Shown here piece by piece: positions 29,424 to 39,328 of a DNA stretch of 64,000 nt (the first letter of the stretch is position 1; each line of letters begins with the position of its first letter). The position numbers were made by a program, and so were the translations under genes. Under the pieces are notes generated by a model. That model saw only the letters and a program-made list of their open reading frames with translations, was not told where the DNA came from and made no database searches. Origin of the DNA: Thermodesulfobacteriota bacterium. Its GTDB lineage: Bacteria > Desulfobacterota > Desulfobulbia > Desulfobulbales > SURF-16. Location of the stretch: NCBI GenBank assembly GCA_040755455.1, contig JBFMAY010000001.1, forward strand, positions 64,001 through 128,000, read 5' to 3'.

Positions 29424-31004
29424 ATGAAAATTACCCAGACCAGACTCATCCTCGCGGCAGCACTCTTTTTCGTCGTCTTTGACAACCTTGCTTTTTTCAG
29501 GCATGTCCTGGAAGTTTATCCCGCCTCGCTGAAAAACATCGGTTTTCTGGCTTCCCTGTTTGTCGGCCTCACCGGCTTTATAACCCTGCTGCTCACCTTG
29601 GTCTGTTTCAGGTACACGACGAAGCCGGTTCTCATTCTCCTGCTGCTCACCTCATCGTTTGCCAGTTATTTCATGAATAACTACAACGTCGTCATCGACG
29701 ACACCATGATTCAGAATATGCTGCAGACGGATTTCAAAGAAGCTGCCGACCTGCTCAGCCTCAAATTGTTTATTTATTTCTCTCTGCTCGGTCTGTTGCC
29801 TGCGTTTTTTATCTACACAGCCCGGATTGCGCCCTTATCCTGGCGAAAATCGGCCATGGCAAGGATCAAGACAGGGGCAATCTCCGTGCTGATTGTTTTT
29901 GCGGTGATCCTTTGCTTCAGCAAGTTTTACTCTTCTTTTTTCCGGGAGCACAAGCCGCTGCGGTATTACACCAATCCGGTCTACTCTCTCTATTCAGTGG
30001 GCAAATATATCAACAAAACTTACTATAACGCCGCTGCGGGTGTTAAACTACTGGGCCAGGAAGCGCGGATACCGGCAACGGATATTGACAGGGAGCTGGT
30101 CATACTGGTGGTTGGCGAAGCGGCCCGGGCGGACCGGTTTTCGCTCAACGGCTACCCGCGGGAGACCAATCCCCTGCTCAAACAGGAGGAGGTTATCTCC
30201 TTTGCCAATATGTATTCATGCGGCACCTCGACGGCCTATTCCGTCCCCTGCATGTTTTCCTTTTTTGGCCAGGATAAATACAGCGACAGCAAAGGCCGGT
30301 CCACGGAAAATCTCCTCGATGTCATGAGCCATGCAGGAACCCATGTTTTATGGCGTGACAACAACTCGGACTCCAAGGGTGTTGCCCTCAGGGTGCCGTA
30401 TCAGGATTACAAGCAGCCGGAGATCAATCCTATATGCGATTTGGAATGCCGGGATGAGGGAATGCTGGTTGGCCTGCAGGAGTATATCGACGGCCAAAAG
30501 GAGGGAGATATCCTCATTGTCCTGCACCAGATGGGCAATCACGGCCCCGCCTATTACAAGCGGTACCCGGAAGCATTCGAGAAATTCACGCCGGTATGCC
30601 GGTCAAACCAGTTTGACGAGTGCACCAATGACGAGATCGGCAACGCCTACGACAATGCCATCCTGTACACGGATTATTTCCTGTCAAAGGTCCTGGCACT
30701 GCTCAAGAATAATTCGAGCCGCTTTGAAACAGCCATGGTCTACTTGAGCGATCATGGTGAATCCCTCGGTGAGTACGGCATCTATCTGCATGGCCTTCCC
30801 TATGCCATGGCACCTGATCCGCAGAAGCATGTCGGCGCGCTCTTTTGGTTTGGCGAGAGCTTTAAGATAGATACAAACGCACTGCGGAGCAAATCAACAA
30901 AACGTTTTTCCCAGGATAATCTTTTTCACACCATACTGGGGTTGTTTGAGGTGGAAACAACCGTTTACGATAAAAGCCTGGACATCATCAATTACGACCA
31001 CTGA
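29424..31004 (+). CDS. eptA: Lipid A phosphoethanolamine transferase (EptA/MCR family)
   Basis: Five N-terminal TM segments, VVGEAAR, CGTSTAYSVPCMFS, HQMGNHGPAY, SDHGESLGE, YLHG. Confidence 0.92.
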   Translation: MKITQTRLILAAALFFVVFDNLAFFRHVLEVYPASLKNIGFLASLFVGLTGFITLLLTLVCFRYTTKPVLILLLLTSSFASYFMNNYNVVIDDTMIQNMLQTDFKEAADLLSLKLFIYFSLLGLLPAFFIYTARIAPLSWRKSAMARIKTGAISVLIVFAVILCFSKFYSSFFREHKPLRYYTNPVYSLYSVGKYINKTYYNAAAGVKLLGQEARIPATDIDRELVILVVGEAARADRFSLNGYPRETNPLLKQEEVISFANMYSCGTSTAYSVPCMFSFFGQDKYSDSKGRSTENLLDVMSHAGTHVLWRDNNSDSKGVALRVPYQDYKQPEINPICDLECRDEGMLVGLQEYIDGQKEGDILIVLHQMGNHGPAYYKRYPEAFEKFTPVCRSNQFDECTNDEIGNAYDNAILYTDYFLSKVLALLKNNSSRFETAMVYLSDHGESLGEYGIYLHGLPYAMAPDPQKHVGALFWFGESFKIDTNALRSKSTKRFSQDNLFHTILGLFEVETTVYDKSLDIINYDH

Positions 31005-31121
31005 AGCCGTCAGGCTTAACGCCTGTCCTGGTTGCCGCTATTCGCATCCCGATCAGCATCTCTGAAATACGCTATGAGATTAATAGGTTAACTGTCTAAG
31101 ATTTGTACATAATGGACTGGG

Positions 31122-31165
31122 TGGGGTTCAAGGGTCCGCAGGCTCGAATCCTCTCATCCTGACCA
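31122..31165 (+). repeat. Degenerate direct repeat of the tRNA-Pro 3' half (att-like site)
   Basis: Matches 29279..29322 at 40 of 44 positions (hand alignment); followed by a terminator-like hairpin and T run. Confidence 0.88.
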
Positions 31166-31483
31166 AGTAATACCTGAAGGGGGTTAGCTCAAGATGAGTT
31201 ACCCCCCCCTTTTTTTTGCTGTACGACCTATAAACATGAACCTATGGGGAAAGTCCCTTTGGATGATCCTGTTAAGCGAAGTGAGTGTAAGTGGCGAAAC
31301 ATTCTGGGAAAAAATGGGGCCGGAATCAGCTCTCTATAAAGGGGTGGATCTGATATTTACTGAAATTAAAAAATGCATACTGCGACATCTCACCACATTG
31401 ACTTGGGTAAAATTAAGTTCTATTTGTTGCGGAGGTGATCTCGGAATGGGTTAGGGTTTTTCTGAAAAATAAGGGGGTGTACA

Positions 31484-31987
31484 GTGAAAAAAGTAATTTC
31501 TGGTTTTGTAACCTGTTGTTTTCTTATGAACTTAACAGCATGCGCTACAATCGTTGGCGACAAGAATCAGCTGCTTGGAATCAATAGCAATCCCGATAAG
31601 GCAACTGTATCCATTCAAGATGAAATGGGAAAGGATGTCTTCTCTGGTGAAACTCCCCTGACGGTAACTCTTAAGAAGGGGGATGGGTATTTCCACGGCA
31701 AAGATTACACTATTAAAATTGCGAAGCCAGGATATATTGAGCAGGTAATCACTGTAGAGAGCAAGGCCAACGGGTGGTATATTTTAGGCAACTTGTTGTT
31801 TGGCGGGTTAATTGGCTATCTCATTGTTGATCCTGCCACGGGAGCCATGTGGAATTTGACTCCGGATCAAATCGATACAACTCTGGAAGAAAATAAAACG
31901 AGCAGCAATGACATGATGAATTTGCGTATCGTCCTTCTTGAAGATGTTCCGGATAATTTGAAAGATAAAATGATAAGGATCAACTGA
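31484..31987 (+). CDS. Lipoprotein with a PEGA-like domain
   Basis: Lipobox LTAC; INSNPDKATV..GETPLTVTL..KPGY; GWYILGN..VDPATGAMW. Confidence 0.8.
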   Translation: MKKVISGFVTCCFLMNLTACATIVGDKNQLLGINSNPDKATVSIQDEMGKDVFSGETPLTVTLKKGDGYFHGKDYTIKIAKPGYIEQVITVESKANGWYILGNLLFGGLIGYLIVDPATGAMWNLTPDQIDTTLEENKTSSNDMMNLRIVLLEDVPDNLKDKMIRIN

Positions 31988-32005
31988 GCCGTTGGGGGTG
32001 CAATA

Positions 32006-32073
32006 GGGACGTCCATAGAATTATAAATGCCTTTGGGCCACGATGAGCATTTTTATAATTTAATGGACGTCCC
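32006..32073. repeat. 68-bp imperfect inverted-repeat element (MITE/REP-like)
   Basis: GGGACGTCCAT-AGAATTATAAATGC...GCATTTTTATAATTTA-ATGGACGTCCC. Confidence 0.75.
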
Positions 32074-32075
32074 CA

Positions 32076-32561
32076 AAACTTCCCAAGGTTCTGATGGTGA
32101 AATTTCTGGAAATGCGCGACCGGCCGGTAACCCTTCTCGACGGGGATATTGTGCGCAAAAACCTGTCAAGCGAGTTAACCTTTTCCAGGGAACACCGCAA
32201 CCTCAACATTACCAGAATCGGCTTTGTCGCCAGCGAAATCACGAAAAACGGCGGCATCGCCCTGTGCGCCCCCATTGCCCCCTACGAAGAATCCCGCCAG
32301 GCAAACCGGGAACTTATCAGTAAATGCGGCGGCTACATCGAAGTCTATATGGTAACCCCTTTGGAAGTCTGCGAACAACGGGACAGAAAAGGCCTGTATG
32401 CCAAGGCAAGGGCTGGGAAAATTCTTGGATTCACCGGTGTTTCCGACCCATACACCCCACCTGCCAACCCGGAAATAACCATTGACACCAGCAAAATCAC
32501 GCCGGCCGAGGCAGCTCAGGAAGTCTTGCTCTACCTGGAGGAACATGGGTACATCCGCTGA
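32076..32561 (+). pseudogene. cysC: 5'-truncated adenylyl-sulfate kinase (C-terminal part of a Sat-CysC-type protein)
   Basis: LLDGDIVRKNLS, RIGFVA, CEQRDRKGLY, FTGVSDPY are present; the P-loop is missing. Confidence 0.85.
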
Positions 32562-32815
32562 CATGTCGCGAAATAGTGACAAAAGCGATCCGCAAATCTC
32601 ATTGGAAATACACAAATTTTCCCGCAGGATGGGCTACCTGTATTGAGAATTTGCGTAAAGCAGGCAGCTGTTGTCGCAAAACGCCAACACCGCCGGTTTC
32701 AATCTTGCCCCAATTTACCCTTCACAACAGACCAAAACTATCTTCTCGTCCATTTCTAACATTTCACTGGGGTTATTTTGTTCTGTTTGCCGGAATTCCG
32801 ATCTTATCATAAAAA

Positions 32816-32831
32816 TGGCACGATAAATGCT
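32816..32831 (+). promoter_or_regulatory. Candidate sigma-54 (-24/-12) promoter
   Basis: TGGCACGATAAATGCT with GG-N10-GC spacing. Confidence 0.6.
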
Positions 32832-32907
32832 TGAGCTTGATGTGATTGCCAGATCCGCAAGTTATTTCAATCGCTTAACCATATGTTTTCTAAGGATTTT
32901 CTTCACA

Positions 32908-35142
32908 ATGAGTTTAATTTTAAAGTTCCTCCTGTTAGTTTTACATAATTTTTGTAACCTCCTCTCAACAACTCATTCATTTCATTTACGGCGTAAAATA
33001 CATCCGTTACCGATAATTTTATCTTTCTTCTTCCTCGTTTTTTTTTGCCAATCACCAGACTGCTACGCTGTTACCCTGACCTGGGCCGCCAATGATCCCA
33101 TAGAAAATGTTACCGGCTACAAAATTTATTATGGCAGCGCCTCCGGTCAGTACAGCGCTTTCAAGGATGTTGGCAATGTTACCTCCTGCGAACTGGAAAA
33201 TGTCATTGCAACCCTTGAAGATGGCAAGACCTATTATCTGGTCGCCACCGCTTATTCCGCCACCTCGGAAAGTAGTTTTTCCTCTGAAATTTCCTATACC
33301 CATACAACTGTTCTGGACGCAGTGACGGACACCGAAATGACCGACACTGATGGTGACGGCATCAGCGATGACGACGAGATTTCTTTCTATGGCACCGATC
33401 CCAATTCGCCTGATTCTGACAACGACGGCCTGACTGACGGCGATGAGCTTGACCTCTGGAGCCAGGATTGGGATGCTGACTACGACGCCGACAACATTAT
33501 CAACCTCCTTGATGATGATGCTGACGGTGACGGCATCCTGGACGGTGAAGACAGCGAACCGGCAACAATAGCCTCACTTTTTACAACTGCCGCATATCCG
33601 GACGGCGCAGGGATTAAAGGTTTCGCAACATTCAACAACAATTGGCAGACCGTCAATTTCAATGCAGGTTTTGATAGTCCGGTGGTGATTGCCGGTCCGT
33701 CCTCATACAACGACGTTGCCCCTGGCCTGATACGCCTGCAGAATGTCACTGGCAACTCTTTTGAGATTAAATTTCAGGAATGGCAGTATCTCATCGATCA
33801 AGGGCTGGCGGCACACGGTTCTGAAGAAAACTCTTACCTGGTCCTGGAAAAGGGCGTGCACGTCATGGATGACGGCTCCATCTGGGAAGCGGGCACCTTT
33901 AAACATTCCGCATCAGCCACCTCCACTGTATGGAAAACCGTTTATTTTGCCGCCAAATTTCCAGCCACTCCATATTTATTCTTAACAGTGCAGACATACA
34001 ATGACTCACAACCAGTTATTGTTAGAGTAAAGGATCTTACCGATGCGCAATTCAATGCTGCCTTGTTTGAAGAAGAGGCGCTGCTGGACGGTCATGCCAT
34101 TGAAAAAATCGGCTATCTTGCCGTTTATAGCCCCAGCAGAGCAGGAGCATTAAATGGCGATGACTCGACCTATCGTTTTGCCCTGGGCCGGACAAGCTCC
34201 AACTTCACCTCACTTCTTGGCCATGACATCAAGCTGCAGGAAGAACAATCCGCCGATACCGAAACCTCGCATAAGCTTGAAACTGTCAATGCACTGCAGA
34301 TCGGCAGAGCTTTTTTTGCCCAAGTGACAAGCGGGCTGGGTTATGACCCATTCAGCCTGAGGCAGCGGCCCTCGTTTTATTCATCAACCTCATTTACCCA
34401 TCTCTGGCATACCGTTCCCATTTACAAAGAACTCAACAGTCCTGTGGTCATTGCCGGACCTCCCTCTTTTAATGATGCCGACCCCGGCGTTATCCGTCTG
34501 CGTAATGTCAACAGCAGCTCCTTTGAAATAAAATTCCAGGAATGGAACTATCTAAGCGCCAAAGACGCCCGCATACATAAACTGGAAGACGCCTCCTGGC
34601 TGGTGATGGAACCAGGACTTTATAAAATGTCAGACGGCAGCATCTGGGGAGTCGGCACATTTGAAATCAATGGTAACGGGTTATGGTACAACGTCAACTT
34701 CCTCCAAACCTTTGCCGGAACGCCCGTTGTCTATTTAACGATGCAGACCTGTAATGGTTCTGATGCCGTGACCGTAAGGGCGCGCCAAGTAAGCACCGCA
34801 GGCTTTCAGGCGGCTCTTTTTGAAGAGGAAGCCCAAATGACCAGCGGTCACGCCTATGAAACCATCGGTTATTTAGCCATATACAGTCCAAATGGTTCCG
34901 GCGCGGTAACAATCGGCGACCAGAAAATTTCTTATACGATCAACATTGCTGCCGCAGATAATAATTTTACCGCAGTAGCAGGGCGTGAAATCAAAATGGA
35001 AGAGGAGCAATCACTCGACAGTGAGACAACGCACATGATTGAGAATGTGAATACATTAAATATCAATAGCGCTTTCTTTGGCCAGGAAATCAGCGCATTG
35101 GGCGGGGACACCGCTGCTGTCAGGTATAGAATGGCACAATAA
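32908..35142 (+). CDS. Secreted protein: FN3 domain, Asp-rich Ca-binding (TSP3-like) repeats, and a duplicated lectin-like module
   Basis: VTLTW..GYKIYYG; DTDGDGISDDDE..GTDP..DSDNDGLTDGDE; two long copies of SPVVIAGP.S.ND..PG.IRL.NV...SFEIKFQEW; start uncertain. Confidence 0.8.
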   Translation: MSLILKFLLLVLHNFCNLLSTTHSFHLRRKIHPLPIILSFFFLVFFCQSPDCYAVTLTWAANDPIENVTGYKIYYGSASGQYSAFKDVGNVTSCELENVIATLEDGKTYYLVATAYSATSESSFSSEISYTHTTVLDAVTDTEMTDTDGDGISDDDEISFYGTDPNSPDSDNDGLTDGDELDLWSQDWDADYDADNIINLLDDDADGDGILDGEDSEPATIASLFTTAAYPDGAGIKGFATFNNNWQTVNFNAGFDSPVVIAGPSSYNDVAPGLIRLQNVTGNSFEIKFQEWQYLIDQGLAAHGSEENSYLVLEKGVHVMDDGSIWEAGTFKHSASATSTVWKTVYFAAKFPATPYLFLTVQTYNDSQPVIVRVKDLTDAQFNAALFEEEALLDGHAIEKIGYLAVYSPSRAGALNGDDSTYRFALGRTSSNFTSLLGHDIKLQEEQSADTETSHKLETVNALQIGRAFFAQVTSGLGYDPFSLRQRPSFYSSTSFTHLWHTVPIYKELNSPVVIAGPPSFNDADPGVIRLRNVNSSSFEIKFQEWNYLSAKDARIHKLEDASWLVMEPGLYKMSDGSIWGVGTFEINGNGLWYNVNFLQTFAGTPVVYLTMQTCNGSDAVTVRARQVSTAGFQAALFEEEAQMTSGHAYETIGYLAIYSPNGSGAVTIGDQKISYTINIAAADNNFTAVAGREIKMEEEQSLDSETTHMIENVNTLNINSAFFGQEISALGGDTAAVRYRMAQ

Positions 35143-35254
35143 TAAAAACAGAAGACAAGGCTTGGGTTTGCGGTCTGTGGTGAAGCATCTCGCCGCAATG
35201 CCGCTCCAGGAGCGCGTTTGCGGGAAGCGGCAAAATTCCGCGTGTGCCTAGCCA

Positions 35255-35580
35255 TTGCACTATGTTTTTCGACCTGTTCTATGCCAAAAACCCGCTTGGG
35301 GAGCGGGATTTCCAGATTTTTTTAACGTTTGCCCCACCGATTTTTTCGGCTCATTAATCTGAAAAAAACTATGATCGCGGCCGATGAATTTTGTGGCCTG
35401 CAACCTGGTTAAAGTCCGCCTGATCTGCGGCCAGGGTTTCCCGCAGGGTAGCTCGGCTACCCGTTCCAGCAGCAGAGCCAGCACGCAGATCTTCACATGC
35501 GTCTCAATCCGGCGCGGCGCCCAATGAAACATCGGCGTCATCTTGATCTGGGTCCGCTTCAGCGCCCGAAAGCTCCGCTG
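35255..35580 (-). mobile_element. IS1634-like transposase C-terminal remnant
   Basis: RSFRALKRTQIKMTPMFHWAPRRIETHVKICVLALLLER; N-terminal part absent, apparent frameshift in an A run near the end. Confidence 0.8.
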
Positions 35581-35634
35581 CCGGTGTTGATGATAGAAAG
35601 CGGACGAGGTTGCCCTGTCGCGGGAACCAACCGC

Positions 35635-37185
35635 TCAAACCGGCAGGTTCTCTGGCTCCGGCTGCTGATTGCTGGCTTGTAATGTTATTGCCACGGCAAA
35701 TCCCGCAGGTTTGCTATTGCGGGCGGAGACGGTGCCTTTGCACGCTTCGATGCAGGTTTTGACAATGGCCAGTCCAAGGCCCACCCCGCCCGTGTCCCGA
35801 TCCCGGGAGGGTTCGGGGCGGAAGAATGGTTCGAAAATCCGCTCCAGCAGGTCCTCGGGTACGCCCGGACCGGAGTCCCTGATTTCGATGGTTACCGCAT
35901 CATTTTTTCTTTCGGCTGTAATGTAAATCGGGCCGGCCTTGCCGGCGTATCGCACGGCATTTCTGACCAGATTGGCAATGGCCCTGGTCAGCAGTTCGGG
36001 GGCAGCCATAACCGTCATCCCCGGTTCCATCCGCACAACGATCTCCGCCCATGGCGCCCCCTCCCGCAGCACCGCCCCCTCAACCAGGGGAAGTAATGCC
36101 GTGGACGCCAGGCTGATCCTGGCCGGGTTCATTTCAGCCCGGGAAAATGACAGCAGTTCATTCACCAGGTTTGCCATGTGGGCTACATCCTCCAGGACAT
36201 CTCTGGCCCGTTCCCGGTTGTCCCCCGCAAGGCGCTGCTCCAGGATACCAAGTCCCAGTTGAATCCGGGCAATGGGAGAGCCCAGCTCATGGGCCACATC
36301 GCCCAGAAACCTTTTCTGGCCCTTGACGTAACCGCCCAACCTGAATGTCATATGGTTGATGGCGCTGGCGAGCCGGCCGATTTCATCGGCGCGGGTTTCA
36401 TTGATCAGCACGTCAAACCTGCCCCTGGCGATCTCTTCGGCGGCCCGGGTCATGCGGGTCAAGGGGCCGGTGATGTTTTTCACCAGGGGCAGCCACAGCA
36501 GAACGGAAATGAGAATCACTGCCATGGCAACGATCATCCCCGGCAGGGGATCGAAAAAAAAGCCGTTGCCGGTCATGGAATCCGATACGGCGAGCAGCAT
36601 GGCGTTCTCGCGGGGATGCGGGGGGTCCAGGTACACCGGCACGGGGATGCCGGCCCAGTAGCGGGACGGATTCTGGGTGTGGATCATCAAGCGCTGATAT
36701 GGCCGGTCGTCTCTGTCGTGATCCTTATGCCGCACCTCGCTGTCCCGCCGGTCCGCGTCGCCGCCGTGGCGCTTTTCCCGCTCCTTATCATGGCCATCGC
36801 TGGATCTGCCGGGCAACAAATCCCTTGCCGGGGGAGGCATCGGCCGGCTGCTTTCCGCAACCTTGCGCATGACCGCATCGGGAATCGTCAGTTTTTTTGC
36901 GGAAAATTGCGAGCCGCCGGCAAATGCCAGCACGAAATCCACCTGATACAGTTCCCCATGCCGGGCGAGAACATCGGGCCACTGGGGCGGCGGGGTCTGG
37001 TTGAGATCATGGGAGATGAGACGGCCGGCAACCCGCAGACGGTCAGAGGTCTGATGCCCGAAAAAGGCGTGCAGATCCACCTGGGACTGGAAGGCGAAAA
37101 ACACCAGCAGGGCTGCGGCAACCAGGGCCATATTCATGAAAAACCAGAGGACAATTCTGGTAAACAGTGAGGAAAAAGGTTTCAT
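35635..37185 (-). CDS. Membrane sensor histidine kinase (HAMP-HisKA-HATPase, CpxA-like)
   Basis: Two TM segments, DVAHELGSP, NLVRNA, DSGPG, GGVGLGLAI. Confidence 0.93.
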   Translation of the reverse strand: MKPFSSLFTRIVLWFFMNMALVAAALLVFFAFQSQVDLHAFFGHQTSDRLRVAGRLISHDLNQTPPPQWPDVLARHGELYQVDFVLAFAGGSQFSAKKLTIPDAVMRKVAESSRPMPPPARDLLPGRSSDGHDKEREKRHGGDADRRDSEVRHKDHDRDDRPYQRLMIHTQNPSRYWAGIPVPVYLDPPHPRENAMLLAVSDSMTGNGFFFDPLPGMIVAMAVILISVLLWLPLVKNITGPLTRMTRAAEEIARGRFDVLINETRADEIGRLASAINHMTFRLGGYVKGQKRFLGDVAHELGSPIARIQLGLGILEQRLAGDNRERARDVLEDVAHMANLVNELLSFSRAEMNPARISLASTALLPLVEGAVLREGAPWAEIVVRMEPGMTVMAAPELLTRAIANLVRNAVRYAGKAGPIYITAERKNDAVTIEIRDSGPGVPEDLLERIFEPFFRPEPSRDRDTGGVGLGLAIVKTCIEACKGTVSARNSKPAGFAVAITLQASNQQPEPENLPV

Positions 37186-37922
37186 GATGGCTGACTGCCG
37201 GGGGCTTGAAACATGTAGCCCGCCGAGCGCACGGTTTTGATGAATTTCGGACTCCTGGGGGTATCCCCCAGCTTGCGCCGCAGGGAGGAAATATGGACAT
37301 CGATGGACCGGTCAAATATTTCGTAACAGCGGCCGGCGACGGCATCCAGCAACTGATCCCGGGTCAGCACCCGTCCCGCCGCCTTGACCAGGCAGACCAG
37401 CAGATCAAATTCCAGTGGCGTAAGCGGCAGGGGGGTCACCCCCAGGCGGGCGGTGCGGGATGTCTGGGATATCCGCAGATCGCCGATGATCAGTGTTGAA
37501 TCGGACGGCGGGGAGGGTTCCGGCCGCTCCGTTTTGAAGTATCGCCGGGTGACTGCCCGCAGGCGGGCCAGCAGCTCGCGGGTGGAAAAGGTCTTGGGCA
37601 GATAATCATCAGCGCCCATCTCCAGGCCCACCACCCGGTCCGTCTCATCACCGAGGGCGGTGAGCATCAATACCGGGATGTCCGATGCCTTGCGCAGCCT
37701 TTTCAACACCTCGAAACCGTCCATCTCCGGCATCATGACGTCAAGAATCACCACATGAAAATCTCCGGCCATGGCCATTGCAAGCCCTGCCGGTCCGGTG
37801 TGGGCGGCCTCCACGTCATAACCCATGGGGCCAAGATAATCGCCCACCAGCCGGCACAGTTTCCTGTCATCATCGATAATCAGCACCTTGATGCGCGCCG
37901 GTGCCTGTTCACTGTTCATCAT
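37182..37922 (-). CDS. OmpR/CpxR-family response regulator
   Basis: REC domain (IIDDD, LDVMMP, GADDYLPK) plus winged helix (DRSIDVHISSLRRKL). Confidence 0.94.
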   Translation of the reverse strand: MMNSEQAPARIKVLIIDDDRKLCRLVGDYLGPMGYDVEAAHTGPAGLAMAMAGDFHVVILDVMMPEMDGFEVLKRLRKASDIPVLMLTALGDETDRVVGLEMGADDYLPKTFSTRELLARLRAVTRRYFKTERPEPSPPSDSTLIIGDLRISQTSRTARLGVTPLPLTPLEFDLLVCLVKAAGRVLTRDQLLDAVAGRCYEIFDRSIDVHISSLRRKLGDTPRSPKFIKTVRSAGYMFQAPGSQPS

Positions 37923-38002
37923 GCCTTGCCTTTTTTTGCTGCCTTTGCCGGACTGCTTGCCTGTTCCAATTGTCCATGCTCCCTGTCAACCCTGCAACCA
38001 TT

Positions 38003-38051
38003 TTTACATAAACTTTACAATTTAACCGCCTGATCAACATAAAATCTTTAC
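38003..38051. promoter_or_regulatory. CpxR-box-like direct repeats in the divergent promoter
   Basis: TTTAC at 38003, 38014 and 38047 (GTAAA-N6-GTAAA on the minus strand). Confidence 0.5.
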
Positions 38052-38152
38052 ATCAGCCCTTTATGATAGCAGCACCGGAAGAAAAATTCGGGGAAAACAA
38101 ACCAGCATGGAACACACTCTCATTCACTACATATCAGACGCGGAGGTATAAA

Positions 38153-38662
38153 ATGTACGCGAATCAACGACAAAAACTCGGGGCATTGACAATTTTTCTG
38201 CTGATCACCTTCTTTTCCGTCCCTGCCGTGGCCGGCTCTCATGCCGATTACGGCCTGCACGAGGGGCAGCCGTCGGCCTGCGGCCTCTGGCGGGATCCTG
38301 AAGCTGTGGAAAAACTGGGACTCTCAGACAAGCAGATTGCGGAACTGAAAAATGCGGATTTCACCTTCCGCAAACAGCAGCTGGAATTAAAGGCCCAGCT
38401 TGGCATGCTTCACCTGGAGATGGCAAAGGCATTTTCCGGTAAAACGCCCGACGAGGGCACGGTGCGGGAACTGGCCGGGAAAATGGCTGATGCGCAGGGG
38501 AAATTGTTTATCCAGCACATCGAATCACGGTTGGCGGCTGCCAGATGCCTCACCGCGGACCAGCTGAGCAAGTTCCAGGCGGACGACGCGCAGCATCATG
38601 GCGGCCAGCCAAAAGACCTGCATCATGATATGGCACTTTACGGGAATGCAAAAGACCGATAA
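38153..38662 (+). CDS. Periplasmic Spy/CpxP-like helical protein
   Basis: GGAGG RBS, signal peptide, LGLSDKQ and LTADQ (LTxxQ-type) motifs. Confidence 0.8.
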   Translation: MYANQRQKLGALTIFLLITFFSVPAVAGSHADYGLHEGQPSACGLWRDPEAVEKLGLSDKQIAELKNADFTFRKQQLELKAQLGMLHLEMAKAFSGKTPDEGTVRELAGKMADAQGKLFIQHIESRLAAARCLTADQLSKFQADDAQHHGGQPKDLHHDMALYGNAKDR

Positions 38663-38730
38663 GGTAAAGCGGTAACACCATCCGTGTCCGGCGCATGCAT
38701 ATGCGCCGGACAGCAAAAGGAGGACTTGCA

Positions 38731-39285
38731 ATGAACGGGATGCACAAGGCGGGTATTTTTTTGTTGTGTTTTTCTCTTTTGTCCCAGGCAGGCTGGAACC
38801 CCTGCCTGGCTGACGATGATTCCCATCATGGCAAGGATCACCGGCACCCTGAAAAAGAGAACAAACATCATCTCGCGCCCGTAACCAATCCTGTGTATAA
38901 AGAAACCTGCGGGGCCTGCCATTTCGCCTATCAACCGGAATTGTTACCGGCGGCTTCCTGGCAGGCAATCTTCAATAATCCTGTTGATCATTTCGGTGAG
39001 TCGCTGGAGCTTGATGACGCTTCCCGCAATGGCATTGCCGAGTATGTGCAGGCAAACAGCGCGGACAAATCCGGGGCCAAACGGGCGGTCAAGATCATGC
39101 GCAGCCTGGGAAGCGGGGTGCCGCAGCGCATCACCGCTATCCCGTATATCAGGGAAAAGCATCACGAAATCCCGGCGCAGGTCTTTGCGCGGCCAGCCAT
39201 CGGTTCCCCGGCAAACTGCCCGGCATGCCACAAGACAGCCGAGCAGGGGATCTATGACGATGACTCGGTGGATATCCCGCGCTAG
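38731..39285 (+). CDS. Diheme cytochrome c (DHC family)
   Basis: YKETCGACHFAYQPELLP..SW, HFG, RIT..YI..KH, NCPACH. Confidence 0.9.
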   Translation: MNGMHKAGIFLLCFSLLSQAGWNPCLADDDSHHGKDHRHPEKENKHHLAPVTNPVYKETCGACHFAYQPELLPAASWQAIFNNPVDHFGESLELDDASRNGIAEYVQANSADKSGAKRAVKIMRSLGSGVPQRITAIPYIREKHHEIPAQVFARPAIGSPANCPACHKTAEQGIYDDDSVDIPR

Positions 39286-39328
39286 CAATGCATCACTATT
39301 TAAACCAGAACCCAAAAAGGAGATCTGT

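Noticed and set aside
31122..31165. Second tRNA-Pro gene
   Set aside because: Only the 3' half is present and the T-loop is mutated; treated as an att-like repeat
32827..32907. ORF-track start of the FN3 protein
   Set aside because: The ATG lies inside the candidate sigma-54 -12 element and has no RBS
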